Positions 25,671-39,351 of a stretch of 64,000 nt of DNA are shown piece after piece. Position numbers and translations under genes: made by a program. The stretch is from Rhina ancylostomus (taxonomy: Eukaryota), in contig JARFYF010000012.1 in assembly GCA_030265395.1 (NCBI GenBank), positions 15,061,375 to 15,125,374 of the forward strand, given 5' to 3'. Within the stretch, counting starts at the first letter, position 1. Each line of letters opens with the position of its first letter. Under the pieces are notes generated by a model. It was not told the DNA's origin. It ran no database searches and saw nothing but the letters and a program-made list of their open reading frames with translations.

Positions 25671-27479
25671 AGCTCAAGTTACTGTATATATTTACTCATC
25701 AGAACAACTTAAAAAGATGACAAATTATTTAATAAAACATTTTAGATTCTGATGTAATATTGTATAATGGGTTCCTGGGTATCATTGTCAATATATTTTC
25801 ATAAGAAATGAAATCAAACAATGAAGTGATGAAAGAGCCAAGAATGGCCCTTTTTGGAATCTGTTTTTATATGTGGTGGGCTGACAGGAAATGCTTGGCT
25901 TTGTGATTTGATTGCTACACACTTGTCATTTTGTGCTTCATTTGCTGACCAGTTAAAGTGATACTTTGCTATTTACTTTACAAAACTTTATTGTGTTCGC
26001 CATTGTGAATTGATCATGAGTGTAAAAGCAAGACATCAAGCCCAGTAGGAAGTAGCAAGGAGGAAATCTGCACAGGTGATTCCAGTAGGAGCATGTGTGG
26101 TGGTTTAAATGTTTAATTGTATCCAGCAAAATCCTTCCTCGTCTGTGGAAAATAGTTCCATTGTAGCAAACTCAGATTTGAATATTATCATCGAAGATGA
26201 AGGACTGTTTCTTGCCGGGATTTGGTCTGAGGTGAGTCCGCAGTCTCCTCCACATTTTGGAGGGGCCATCTCACTGATTTTAGTCTCTGAAGGATGACAT
26301 TTCATGTTGCTTTGAGATTGAAAAGGCATTGTTCTACTGGAAGTCCCAGTGCCAGGTGAAAGACCACCTGCAGGTTCAACTGCCGAAGTTCTGCAGCTGC
26401 ATTGTAAAATTCTAAAATGTCAGACAAGGCAAGGCACAAAGCTCCAACTTTTGGAGTAATATGCTGTGTTGGTGTTTTTGGGAATTGTGTAGTTGCTAAT
26501 TGAGGTCATCAAGTATTCAGAAGGCCATTTGCTTTTTTGTAGAAGGGAGCTTCATCATTTGAGTCTTCTCTCGATAGTCTCTTTTGCTGTGCAGATGTGC
26601 GCTTATAAATTAGTGATCAATAAAAGACTTGCAGTCCAAAGCAAACCTTACTTTCCGATACCATTTCCTGCAGTTGCAAATTAAAGAGCACTTAAACTTT
26701 CAAGTGTTGGCATGCCTGTGTTTTGTCTTTCACCAATAATAACGTGTAAATATCTTACAAAATGAGTTAATACTATGAAACTAATTTATAATACTTTTGT
26801 GACAATTTTAATATGTTATGCATGTGGGTCTTATGATAAGCTCAGGATGGGTATCGAGACCAGCTGGGCTTGGTACTCAATTAATATTGAATTAACTTCG
26901 TAATGGGTGAACAATGAATCTGGCAACGAGCCTGAGAGATGTACAGTGACATAACAAAGGAGGGGGAGTGGAAATGAAAACCACATACTGAGCAAAAGAT
27001 TCCATCTGTGACAGTTTGCAACTGTGTTATAACTGTTATTTCTTGTTGTTGTTATAATTTCCATTTTTCTACTCCTGAGAGTGTAAAATAACCATTTGAC
27101 AATGTAATTTTTTTAAAGCACATTTCCTGCTTTTGTGATGGTGGAACCAAGAAACATAGTGATTATCACTCTTTTCACAGCCTCTTCTTCATTAAATGCA
27201 CTTTAAATCTGGATATATTTAAAACCCATGGAATCATCCTCCCAAGTATGCATACACTCAGTCTTTCAGATATATTGCAGCTTGATTTCTTCACCTTAAA
27301 TATGCTGTTAGCTCTTAATGGAACACTAATGGGATTTCTCATTCTCACTCGGATTCCTACAGAACAGAGGGCAAACACGGAATTGTCCTGAGCCATTCAC
27401 ACGAAACAAGCAATATGGCAGCAACTGGACTTCAGACTTTGCATTGAAGTTCCATTCCATTGAGTTCATTGGAATCAAA

Positions 27480-27760
27480 TTGCAGAGTCAGTGTGCTTCT
27501 GTATGAACATGTTGAGCGTAACTTGTTAAAGTGCTCAACATCCTACTATGGATCCTGCAACACTATTTTCAAGAGAATGGGGATTTCCATGACATTTCTT
27601 CTCAACCAACATCACCAAAACAGATAATCTATTAGTGAGATATCACAGATTTTGTTGTTCTTGTATTGCAACAGTGTCTATAATTTGGAAGTAATTTATT
27701 GACACTTTTGAGTATCAATAGTCTGTGCAAGGCACTATTTATATTCAAGTCTTTCTTTGA
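27480..27760 (+). mobile_element. Decayed DeuSINE (SacSINE1/AmnSINE1-like) fragment
   Basis: ggatcctgcaacactattttcaagag...ctcaaccaacatcaccaaaacagat matches the recalled Deu-domain core and the reverse complement of 30815-31240. Confidence 0.6.
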
Positions 27761-30109
27761 TATGAGAGTCTTTACCACTGACACATCAGTTCAAGTCAGT
27801 GTGTTAGGATCACAACAGTCCTTAACTTCAAATTTGAATTTTGTGCCCAGTTTTGAAAATTCTATACTTTTTCTATTTTTGGTATCTTTTATCAATTTGA
27901 TAAAACCAAAGCCAAGATGTGGATGGACTGAAGATCAATTTCCCTGACATTGACACTGCAGTTTAATTCCTAACCACAAGAGAACCACCCCTCTTCTGCA
28001 TTAATGGTGGTGCTGTTTCTCAACCAGTGCTTATGATATCCTTGATAGAAAGTGTGTGTCAATCTAGCATTAAATCATCATTCTGGCANNNNNNNNNNNN
28101 NNNNNNNNNNNNNNNNNNNNNNNNNNNNNNNNNNNNNNNNNNNNNNNNNNNNNNNNNNNNNNNNNNNNNNNNNNNNNNNNNNNNNNNNNNNNNNNNNNNN
28201 NNNNNNNNNNNNNNNNNNNNNNNNNNNNNNNNNNNNNNNNNNNNNNNNNNNNNNNNNNNNNNNNNNNNNNNNNNNNNNNNNNNNNNNNNNNNNNNNNGCA
28301 CTGTGTGCCTACCTGTATTTCTGCTGAATAATACTATGGATCTTTTAGGACAGGGGTCATACATAGATTAAAGATTTTAGTACCAAGTGAAATGTAGTGG
28401 TCCCTTTTTCTGCACCCATCTTTCTCAGTGTGGCTGACGAATTCTGCCAGTGATCAATCTAAGGGTGACAATGAAATCAAATAGGAAAATATCTGAAGAG
28501 CGTCCATTATGAAACTATCTTATTGATCAAATGACAGACCACGGTTTTTGCCAGGTCACTGGTTTATATTATGCACCCTCATGAGCTCTATGTAATGTAG
28601 TCGATACCAATGGCTGTGATGTTGCACTGAATGTTCCTATTAATTTGTACAGATCTGAAGCTAATGTTGCTATCAGATTTTGGTGTCATGGTTGTCATGT
28701 ACCAAAGGATGAGACAACTGCATTTATCCTTTGTAAACATTCTGACAGACAATTTTAAAAAAAGGACAAAGTAATGAGAACTAGACACAGAAATATGGTT
28801 CACAGGCTGCCATTTGAAAACCCAACCAAATACTTCATTCAACTGCTTCAAATCTCTTGTCCTTGTTTACAGCCTTGCAGCAGCCCAGTCAGTTGGAGCA
28901 ATTGTGTGGTAGGGACTCTTTGCTTTGGCTCAGACTTGGAGCTTCCATTATCAAGCAACTAATGACATCACAAACCAACATGAGATTAATGGCAAGTTGT
29001 GGCAGTCATTGGGTGGTATGTACTGTACAGTTAGCAGGAGTGCCAGCTGTGAAAACTATGCACAAGCATCCCTACAATATGCCCAGCAAGAACTAGTTTT
29101 AAAAAAAATTGGATTTGCTCTCCTATTTTAAAGGGAGGAAGTTGTTTGAGACAGTTTTACAGATGTGAGTGCCTGACCAGAATAGGACCCTAAAANNNNN
29201 NNNNNGTGTTGTAAACCAGACTGCCAATTTGGTGGGTTTTAAACTGGACAGTCAATCTTGTTGGACTGTTTGACAACTGACAGTCCATCCACCATCACTT
29301 TGAGATTTGTATATGTGCCTGTTTGCAATCTTTATTATTCCATTGACTTCTGCCATTTTGAAATTGTGACCTTCAGATACTTTGGCAATATTTTGACATT
29401 ATTGATATCTTTAATGTTTCAGTTAGTTCTGTAAATGCAGTAATGACAGAGTTGTACAATCCCTCTCAACCTAATCCATTCCAGATCCTCTTGTAATCCC
29501 ATTCCCAACACTTATCTGATTGCAAATGGGAGGAGTTTACAGCAGAGGGTGACACTCATGACCCAACTACTCCAGTTGGGGATTGGATGGATGACACATT
29601 AATGAGGCTCTTGCATTAAAATAACCCCTCCACCAGGGTTGAGGTTCCAATATACTCTACCTGTAGCTAAAAATAAAGATCCAGGTGCATAATTGAGAAT
29701 ATTGCTCAGGCATTTCTGACCATGAACCCAATCAATGCAAGTGAGCTGAGTGGCTTCAATCTTGCATTTAATAGTGACCCAAGGTGGAGTGAGTTTCCAC
29801 TTCCATGGAAAATCAACCAACTAGCACGCAACTGTCTAGAATATAAGCTTCTTTGTGGGGCCAATCAGAACAAGGCCTTATGGCCAAGGAAGATATGGAA
29901 GGAGGTAAAAATAACTAGAACCAGAGGCCTTGTGTCCCTTTTCCTGGTCATACCTGAACATGATATTTCCTTCTGAAAGGGGCTTCTTTGGTTTGACCAG
30001 GTGCATTCTGAGGAGAGGTTAATGCTTTGGGGTTGACGAATCATTTTCTTGTATCCATGGGCCTAAATATATTTGGCGGGGGGGAATAAATATATGTACC
30101 ATGAAAATA

Positions 30110-30335
30110 ATGGTGACTGTACGTCCCATGTGGTTCACTATTGTTCTTCAGGGAAATCTATCCTCCAGTCTCGCCCACATGCAATCCCAAGCCCATGGCA
30201 ATGCTGTTGACTCTTAACTGGTCTCTGGAATGGCTGAGCAAGCCATTCAGATCAAAGGCACTTGGGGATCGCCAACAAATGCTGGCCCAGCCACAGCAAT
30301 ATCCACATCCCATGAATGAGTAAATGGAAAAAATC
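30110..30335 (+). mobile_element. MetaSINE-like SINE 3' half
   Basis: tggttcactattgttcttcagggaaatct...gttgactcttaactg..ctctggaatggc..agcaagcca..cag, and tail aaatgctggcc...cacatcccatgaatgag. Confidence 0.6.
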
Positions 30336-30814
30336 TGATTTGTACACTTGGAGCTTCCTTTTCACTTGTTAACCCAACTTGGTGGACAGTTTAAATTTTG
30401 GTGAATTGCAGACGTTTTCCTGACAAGAGTCTCAATTAGTCCCTGAGTGGTGGGAAACCCAAACAACTTTGGTTTCCCTTCAATTTCCAGACACACCCCC
30501 TTTATGAGTTACTCCTTGCATGAAGCAGGTCTGCTTGAGCGCTCAACATGTTCTTGGCTAGTTGCCACCTCAAAAGCATAAGATCTGGGGATGGGTGGCT
30601 CCTTTATAATAAAAAGGGAATTAACACAGTTCCCTTGAAGCAAAGGGATTAATCATTGGGAGGTCAGCTGAGAGAACTGGATATGGTACAGTACATTGCT
30701 TACAGTTAGCTGGATGGGATTAACATGGCCTCTAATATTATTGCACTCTTTATTCTTTCTGTTAGATCTACTTTAACTCTATGTACTGAATGTCACTTTG
30801 TGAAACAGAACCAA

Positions 30815-31240
30815 AAGAAAAAACTTGCAATTATATAATGTCTTTCATGATGCAAAGCTGCCCCAAAGCAGTTTATAACTTATTAAATGTGGGCACTGTG
30901 GTAACATAAAAAAAGCACAGCATCCAATTGGCACAAAGCAAGCTCCCACAAGCAGTAAAATCATAATAACCAGATAATTTGTTTCTAAAATATTGTCTGA
31001 GGAATACGTATTGGCCATAAAAGTGAGAGAACCCCTAACCTCTTCAAATTGTGCTACTGGATCTTGTGTATCCACTTGTGACAACAGATGTGCCCTGGGC
31101 TTAATCTCCTCAGCAAAGCAGAATCAATTAACTGCCCTGGAATACCAGCCTGAAGCCTCTGCTCAAGCCCCTATAGTGATACTGGAATCCACAGTCTTCT
31201 GATCTACACCTGCAAATGCCACCATTGAGCCTAACTGATA
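30815..31240 (-). mobile_element. Near full-length decayed DeuSINE (SacSINE1-like)
   Basis: On + it reads aacttgcaattatataatgtctttca (tail), gcaagctcccacaagcag, ccagataatttgttt, tcttcaaattgtgctactggatctt, then a tRNA-like head near 31180-31240. Confidence 0.7.
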
Positions 31241-31344
31241 CCTACACAAGATGCATCATTTCAGGTTTTGACCAGTCCATGGCTTGCAGAGTTGCCCAGG
31301 ACCTTTTATTGTTCTTGCGTGAGCAGATTTCCATTGTTAAAATA

Positions 31345-32170
31345 AGAAACAGAAGTCGGAGTAGACCTTTCAATTGGATATGGGTGATCTTCCCCCTTGG
31401 TACCACTTTCCTCCACTAACTACATATCCCTTGATTCCCTTAATATTCAAGGATGTTCCATTTTCTGACTTAGATTGGTCTTCCTCTGCTATCCTGGGCA
31501 GAGAATTTAAATATTCACAATTCTAGGGGTGAAGAATTTTTTTATTATCTTTATCCTTAATGGCTGACCCCTTTAGGACTACAAGCCCGAGTTCAGGACT
31601 CTCCAGGCAGTGAAAATTTCTGCATCTGCCCTGCCAAGCACTTTTGTATATTTCATTGAAATCACCCTCATTCTTCTAAATCCTAGACAGCATAAACCCA
31701 ACTTGCTTAATCTTTCCTCCTAGGACAGTTGCCCCATCCTAAAAATCAGTCTGATGAACCTTCACTGTATTCCCTCCATTGCAAACATATCCTTCCTTGA
31801 GCAGGGAGACAGGACCTGTGCAGTCTTACCTGCTTGATTTCAGTCAGATGTCCATGTTTTTTGGCCTCAGATCATCTTGCAATGAAAACCAACATACCAC
31901 ATGTGATTCTAATTGTTAGTTGTAACTGCACGTTAAGTTTCAGTGATTTTTGTCTACAGGGACGCTCATGTCTCTCTGAATAACAACATCTTTCATTCTC
32001 TTACCATTTAAAAAAATGCATTGCTTTTCAATTTTTTTTAAACCGAGAAGCATTACCTCATGTTTCCAGATTATCTTCTCTCTGCCTTGTCCTCACCCAT
32101 TCACTTAACTTACCTCTCTCTGTATTCTCATCTCACTGCCCACCCAGATTTGTTCATCAGCAAACGCCCT
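31345..32170 (-). mobile_element. Decayed CR1-like LINE
   Basis: Tail agaagtcggagtagaccttt...atccccttgattcccttaat; internal atcaccctcattcttctaaa is the reverse complement of an FRRMRV-type motif. Confidence 0.75.
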
Positions 32171-33002
32171 CCATTCCCAACACTGGATGCTGTAAATGAG
32201 CTGTGTGGAGTTCCTGTAGAAACTCCATCCAATCCCATTGCAAACAAACTCATCTGAGGAGAGCTGGGCTATGATATTATTCAGAGTTGAGTATCAAAGA
32301 GCTTGAGTTGAGTGGAATACTGGGCTGCTGATCTTCAGGAGAAGTAGCTGGATTTCAGTGCATGGCATGGCTGTCATCATTTCCACAGATCAGTTTGAGA
32401 CCAGAGTGAGAATCACTGTGTGTAAACTTGCTGTCTAGCAAACCACTTTCATACTTTAGTACCTCTGGGTTTACTGAATCAATTTGAAAGAGACAAAAAT
32501 TCAAAGCTTTGAATGGCCCGAGTAACCGTGTAGTTACTTATTGATTGGACGTCTGTGCAAGAACCAATCAGATTTATAAATGCATGGTTGTCAGCTGTAT
32601 TTCTGAACGAAAATAAAGGACCTCATGCCATTGAAAATAAAAGAGAAACTACACATGCTGTGCAGAAAAATCATTATGGTGTACATATTGACAATTCCAC
32701 CTTTTATGGTCATTTCTTTAGTTTTGCCACCTCCTGCCCAGATCACAATGGCTAGTGCTTGGTGGCATTGACACCAGCAGCCTTCCACCCCAACAACACA
32801 ATTAACTTTTCCTGTGTGAGCATAGACAATAAGGATGTTAAGTTCCATTGTATTCAACTAGTCTCACTAGTTGTCTCAGTAACTCATGGCAGCTTGCAGA
32901 GAACTTTCCGCAAAATGTATGTGTGCATGATTCATGGGACAGGATTGTCTCTTGAACATACTGGAAGTAGACAGATCATGATGTCAAACTTTGCACAACA
33001 CT

Positions 33003-33400
33003 GATAGAACATGGAACAGTACAGGAACAGGCCCTTCAGCCCATGATGTTGTGCTGAACTAACTAAATTAGTAATCAAATGCTCAACTAAACTAATCCCT
33101 TCTGCCTACACAGTGTCCCTATCCCTCCATTTCCTATACATTTGTGTGCCTATCTAAGAGCCTCTCGAATGCCTCTATTGTATTTGCCTCAACTACCACC
33201 CCTTGCAGTCCATTCCAGGCACCCACCACTCTGTGTAGGGTGATAAAAAATACTTGTCTCGCACATCTCCTTTGAACTGTCCCCCTCTCATCTTGAATGC
33301 ATGCCCCCCGGTATTAGACTCTTCAACCCAGGGAAAAAGATACCAGCTGTCTATCTCTGCCTCTCATATTATAAATGTCTGTCAGATCTCCTCTCAGCCT
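33003..33400 (-). mobile_element. CR1-like LINE 3' fragment
   Basis: Tail gaacaggcccttcagcccatgatgttgtgc; reverse complement encodes TGGHAFKMRGGQFKGDVR and VVGAWNGLQGVVVEA. Confidence 0.9.
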
Positions 33401-33996
33401 GATCTGATGCCCATTCAACCAAACTGGACTTGGGAGGTTCAAAGAACCTGTGTTCAACTTGTCTGGAAAAGCCAAAGCAGGAAGAATCCCCATCTCCCTG
33501 AGTGGATATCAAGCAGCTGGATGGTGGAGTAGCATCCTTACATTTACCTTTCCTAAAATCTGCACATGTACTTTCTGGGACTAACTACGAAGAAGCATTC
33601 AGGACCGAGCACTGTCTGAAAGATTTATTATGCCTTCTGTTTTATCACAGTACTCCAGTAACTGAATGTAATATCTACCACAACTCTGGATAAAACTGTA
33701 ATACCTTAGCAGAGATCCAAGTGGTACAGGTGAAGATTTACCTGGATGGCCAGGGTAGTGGTTCTTCCACTGAGGTGGAAACTTAGGAGAAACCATGTTT
33801 TCACTGAGAATTTGGAAAAATAAGGGCTACATAGTTTAGTTACAAAACCAGATGTATATTCAATTTATTTTGGCAGCTAGCTAAATGTACTTGATAATAT
33901 TACACCAAGAATAGACCATGCCAAGCTTTGTAAACAAAATAAAAATAAGGCAGAAGTCAGTCTAATCGACTGAAATGAGTTGAAATCTCAAGTAGC

Positions 33997-34248
33997 AGAA
34001 CATAGAACACAGAAACATAGAAAAACTACGGCACAGTTCAGGCCCTTCAGCCCACAAAGCTGTGCCGAACATGTCCCTACCCTAGAANNNNNNNNNNNNN
34101 NNNNNNNNNNNNNNNNNNNNNNNNNNNNNNNNNNNNNNNNNNNNNNNNNNNNNNNNNNNNNNNNNNNNNNNNNNNNNNNNNNNNNNNCAGTTCAGGCCCT
34201 TCAGCCCACAAAGCTGTGCCGAACATGTCCCTACCCTAGAAATTACTA
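33997..34248 (-). mobile_element. CR1-like 3' tail, duplicated across a 100-N gap
   Basis: Same subfamily tail as 20152-20240; the same ~50 bp appears on both sides of the gap. Confidence 0.85.
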
Positions 34249-34984
34249 TGCTAAAGGTTTGCATATTTTTTATATTGCATGTAGTATAGAATGTAAATTC
34301 CAAACAGAATTGTGCCTCAAATAAGGAAGTTAACAGCCTTTATCTCCCAGACTCCATTTGTTGTGAACAGGGATACTTTTCCATGTTATTTCCAGGTTCC
34401 CCGTGTGTACAAAACAACAGAAGGACTAACGTTCAGCTCTAGAAGTTGGAGGAAAAAATATATTTGCAAGAGAAGGGAAATGAATGCTTTAATTGGATGG
34501 AAAAGTGGAAAATAATCTTTTGTTTATGAACAAGCACATTCTGAACACTGGCTGTGGAGTCATTTGATATCGATATTGTGATGCAAGGCAGTAATGTGCC
34601 ATATTTTATATCATACATTCTGACAGGATATTTGCAAATCTGAAGTGACAGTAAAGGGCTTCTGTTGGACTTTGAGCAAAGGAGAGATCATTGGAAACAC
34701 CTGATTATAAATCAATTTTGGATTTCAGGGTCCTGGCACATAGGCTGGAATAGAATACTAGCATCCAGCAGCAATGCCAGTGAACTGTATTATTTTCCAT
34801 TCATTATATTTCAGTTCATTAAGTCATACATTCTCTCCTGAATGGTTTATGCATGTGAGCAGATACAAAGATCTCTTTATTGCATCTGGTGAAACACTCA
34901 CTGGAGTAGGGGTAATGTACTCATAAAAGGTGCTGGCTACAAGGTTGAAATTGCTCACACACTGACATTAACACATCTGTAGCT

Positions 34985-35006
34985 TGACGTCAGTAGACTG
35001 ACGTCA
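34985..35006. promoter_or_regulatory. Two full palindromic CRE sites (TGACGTCA), with a third at 35471-35478
   Basis: TGACGTCA at 34985-34992, 34999-35006 and 35471-35478. The motifs are certain; function is unproven. Confidence 0.5.
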
Positions 35007-35611
35007 GCGGTATGCTTGTGTGTGCTTGCTGAGCATTTGGAAGTAACTAAGTCAATTCCTAACATTTATCGGGGATTATGTCGCCACTGCATGGAGCAAA
35101 ATTTGTCTTTTAAATTCAATATCATTTTGTACAATTTTGAACAATCCTCAGGTTTCCAAACAATGCTGTTTATTTGTGACAAAATGCACCCTAATATATA
35201 AGATAAAACACAATGTAGACAGTTAATACCAGTTTTAATCTTTGCTAAATAGAAACAGTATCTTTTTGTGAAAGGAATAATCTTTGAAGTGTGTGGTGTT
35301 TTGTAGAGCAAAACTGGAAATTTGTCTTTTTATCTGGAAATAATATGATCAGTCTTCCTATTTGTTGTGACTTACATGAAGTACCAAAGAATTGTTAATG
35401 GACATTGGGCTCTTTAATTCTGTGCCATGGAATTGGGGGACCAGCCCTCCTTTGCACCACTGAGAACTTCTGACGTCAGGTTTAATAGAACAAACGCATT
35501 CATAAACTCTGTGGTTCAATGCAAAATAAAAGATATGACTATTGATCAAGCTGTGAACTCAATCAAGGTTGGGGTTAGGGCAAAGTGGTGAAATTATCAT
35601 TGACATTGGAT

Positions 35612-35782
35612 TGTTCCTGTTTCCTTCCATATCCCAAAGATGTATGGGTTAGGAAGTTGTGGGCATGCTATGTTGAGGCCAAAAGCGTGGCAACACTTGC
35701 GGGCTGCCCCTAGAACATTCTACGCAAAAGATGCATTTTACTATGTTTCGATGTACATGTGACTAATAAAGATATCTTATCA
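35612..35782 (+). mobile_element. 3' half of a V-SINE
   Basis: High identity to 60865-61030 (cccaaagatgtatgggttagg...acacttgcgggctgccc...gatgtacatgtgactaataaagatatctt). Confidence 0.85.
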
Positions 35783-36179
35783 ATGGACCCATTGTCACCT
35801 CTCAGTAATGGTTACATCCTTCAGTTAGTGGGCTCGTGAGTCATGAGAAGTTGAAGATTAGTGTGGTCCCTTATGCCGAATAAAATAGTTGGAATTATAT
35901 TCAGATTTAATTTATTAGTTAATACCAGACACCAGCCTCATAAATAAGAACCTTCTTAGGAATATATGTATTTAAAAAAAGTATGAATAAAAGATGTTAC
36001 CTATGGACATAATGATCAGGACCTAATTGTGAAAAGTAAATTTTTTTAGGAATTGCGAAGACATAAATGGAGATCATGTGTTTAAACTATGTATGAATAC
36101 TGCTTTTGGGTTTAAATCTAATCCAGGGAGAAGCACTCAAGATGTCTTCAGGAGATGGTACCACAAGAAGGCAACATCT

Positions 36180-36302
36180 GGCACTTTTTTTTTGCACTAT
36201 TTATTTCTTCTTGGTAATTTGTAGATTTTGTGTCTTTGCACTGTCCTGCTGCCGCAGAACAACAAATCTCATATATCAGTTATAAATCTGATTCTGATTC
36301 AG
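36180..36302 (+). mobile_element. Rex1/Babar-like 3' UTR tail
   Basis: Matches 59080-59192 (ttttgcactatttattt...tgcactg.cctgctgccgca.aacaacaaat...aaatctgattctga). Confidence 0.8.
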
Positions 36303-36914
36303 ATGGTTCCTCTCTCCAGTGGCATGACATTCTATTATGTTCCTATAATACGGCAGTGAGTACCCTTCAAAAATACTTATTGGTTATTATATCTTTGGAT
36401 GTCCTCTAGAAATACACTCTATAAGTGCAAGTTTTTGTTTTCAGTTAAGGATTGTACGTGAAATGGCTTATATATATATAGAGCCCAATAAAGATGATCT
36501 GCTCAACAAAGATCCATTAGTTCAGATAGTGATTGGATAATGTCTCAGTGACTGAGGAGCAAAATCATTCACTACAAAATATAACATTTACAAATAATAG
36601 CCTGAAAATTAGATAGATTTGTACGTATTATGTGAACGTGATGCATAATAGCAGTTTTACTTCCCCAGGGCAGATTGTGTTTGCAATCTCCTTCTGCTGA
36701 AGTCACACCCATTGGGAAATTGGCCTGTGCGCTTTCCTTGCACTTCACCAGAGCACAGCTGGCATTTGCCCAATATCAGCCCTGTACCCGATGGCATCGC
36801 AGGTCACGCGGTGCATGTTTTATTCACTGCCAGTACAATTTGGAGCTGTAGGCCACCACCTATGACCTTAGCAGATCACTCACTGAGAAATGAACAGCGC
36901 ATTGTGTAGGGGTA

Positions 36915-37157
36915 ATCGGTTTATTATTGTCACATCTACCAAGATACAGTGAAGACCTCTTGTTTGCATGCTAGTTAGATGGATCATTCCATGCAGAAGT
37001 ACATTGAGGTGGCCCAAAAGGAAAAACAATAACAGAATGCAGAATATAGTGTTAAATTGCAGAGAGTGCAGTGCAGGCAGACAATAAGGTACAAGGACCT
37101 TGACGAGGTAGACTGGGAGATGGAGTTCATCTTTATCATACACTAGGTCTGTTAAGC
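36915..37157 (-). mobile_element. Rex1/Babar-like 3' UTR
   Basis: Colinear with 2915-3160 and 8213-8460. Confidence 0.8.
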
Positions 37158-37949
37158 AATGAGACAGCTGAGTGTGCATTGTCACACTGACATCCTGCAC
37201 ACAGCACCTTCCAGCCTCAGTTTTCAATACTTAACTTTATGGAAAAGGATTCAATGGAGGTCCTTCAATCGCAGACTTTGTGTAATTTCTCAGTGTTTGA
37301 CCTTGCCAAAGGAAAAAAATTGCCCAGGGTGGAATCATTTGGACTGCTGTCATCTCTGCTCAAGTGTTTCTCAATTTCTTGTTATATTTGATTCAAGGTC
37401 AAAAAAGCATTCCTGAGACACCTGTGCAAGGTGTGGCATGGCATGGCATTGACGTACAAAGTCTGTTCACTGGCCCCTAGATCAGCTTTCACCTTCCACT
37501 GGTGTAAGGCCATTGGTGGTAAGCAAGGAGAGCCCCATGTCCACTCTCTCACGTTTTCCCTCACCTCCTTGGCTGCTTGTCTGCTGCTGTGCTGTGGCTG
37601 ACGTAGGAGACTTCTTTAAGTGCCAACTGGTTAGGGGCCATTGAGCACAACAGTGACGTGGCAGCTGTGGGTTCTGCAGCTGGCAGCTCAGTGGCATTTT
37701 ATCACATTATCCTGTGTGCAAAGTGCCAATGTGCTGCTCTCAACTTTCTGGGAGATCTAAAAGCTCTTTAGACCTATATGTAATACATCTTGACTGTGAG
37801 AAAAGAGGATGATGGTTAATATCTTGGCAAATGTTTTCTGAGTTTGAAGTTACTTGTAAAAGCCAGAAGGTGGACTGAAACTCCTTCCACATGGAGCAAG
37901 ACTGCACCAGCGTAATTGTTTCCTTTGGGATGGTTCTTCTGAACATAGC

Positions 37950-38360
37950 AAATTAGAAGTAGGTATAGGATATTCAGCTCCTTGGACCTGCTCCACCATG
38001 TGGTAAGATCATGGCTGGTCTGATTTATGAACCCAATTCTGTATTCTCATCTACCCATGGTAATCTTTCATCCCTTTGCTTCTCATGAATCTATCTACAT
38101 ATTCAAAAGCTCTGCTTCTACCAACCCTTGGAGAATTCCTAAGACCCTCTGAGAGAAAATAATTTGCCTTATCTCTGTTTGAAGTGGATGACTCCTTGTA
38201 TTTGGCCAGTGACCCCTATGTCTGGATTCTTTCATGAGAGGAAATGTCCTCTCCCCATCTACCTTGTCAAACACCCCTCAGGATCTTGTACATGTCACTC
38301 AAGCTGTCTCTAACTCTTCTGAACTCTCATAGATACAGACCTCGCTAGTTCAACCTTATC
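37950..38360 (-). mobile_element. Decayed CR1-like LINE 3' fragment
   Basis: Tail gaagtaggtataggatattcagctccttggacctgctccacc...aagatcatggctg is the reverse-complement homolog of 52975-53050. Confidence 0.8.
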
Positions 38361-39351
38361 ATCAGAGTCCCAGGAGTTACTGGGAACATTTCATTTCTTC
38401 AATAAGACTTTGAGCACATACTTGAATCTTGTTCCACGATCGAACTCAGAAAAGAGGATCAAATAGCCAGCACCAACTAATCTTGGCTGATGCAGCCAGC
38501 AGTTTTTGGTGGTGGGATGGTGGTTCTGCATTCTGACAGTATTACATTGACTTTCTGCAGTCTGTGCGGGGGGCCTGTGTTGTGCAATGTGAAAGCTGTC
38601 AGATATTGGAAAGAACAACTTAGAGTCAGAGTTACTGTGATGAAACTTGATTTCAACACAGACAGGATGGGGGAAGAGTGCAAAAAAAGTTTTCCTTGTT
38701 CATTCTTAGGATGAACAATGTATCCTTACTACCTTTTGGTGATTCTTGTGGTATTCAACAAGGAGTGGTGCTGATCCACTAGCTGAAGGAGGACTGGAGA
38801 NNNNNNNNNNNNNNNNTATTTTCTTGCTTATGTCTGATCTGATGAGTTTTATTGAGGTCCAGAATTAATGCTGAATGGCCCTCCCTTCCTCTGTGCACTG
38901 ATCTCAGAATGGTAAATGAGTATTTATAATTTTTTTTCAGACTTTTGCTTCTCTAGTTTTGTGTGACTACTTTGAACCAGTCACCTGTTGTGAGTAAGTA
39001 GGGCTTTGAGTGAGTAGTCCACAGCACTGGAATAAGCATGCAAATATCATTGTATGATTGTTTTTTACTCTTTAGTATTTGATGCAGCAGTTTGATAAAT
39101 GTTTAAAGGTTTTTAAGGCTATTTCTAAGTGCAACTAGATGTCAACTGGATTGGGTTGCAATTGGAGTTGCATATAGGCCAGACTTGATGACATCAGACA
39201 CATCATGTCCAATTTGTTTTAAACGGATTCCAACTTTTTTATTTGAGGGCTTAGCAAATGAATTCACATTCACAAATATAGGATTTGAAGCCACTTACTT
39301 TGTTTCTTTCATTCAGGCCTCTGAAGTATTTGTCCAAAAATGAAACCATTT

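Noticed and set aside
34030-34242. About 55-bp direct repeat resembling a tandem duplication or CRISPR-like unit
   Set aside because: Identical sequence on either side of a 100-N gap within a CR1 tail; assembly artefact.
38480-38930. Possible minus-strand LINE endonuclease remnant (PPSAS..., LVEYH)
   Set aside because: Too decayed to call from sequence alone.
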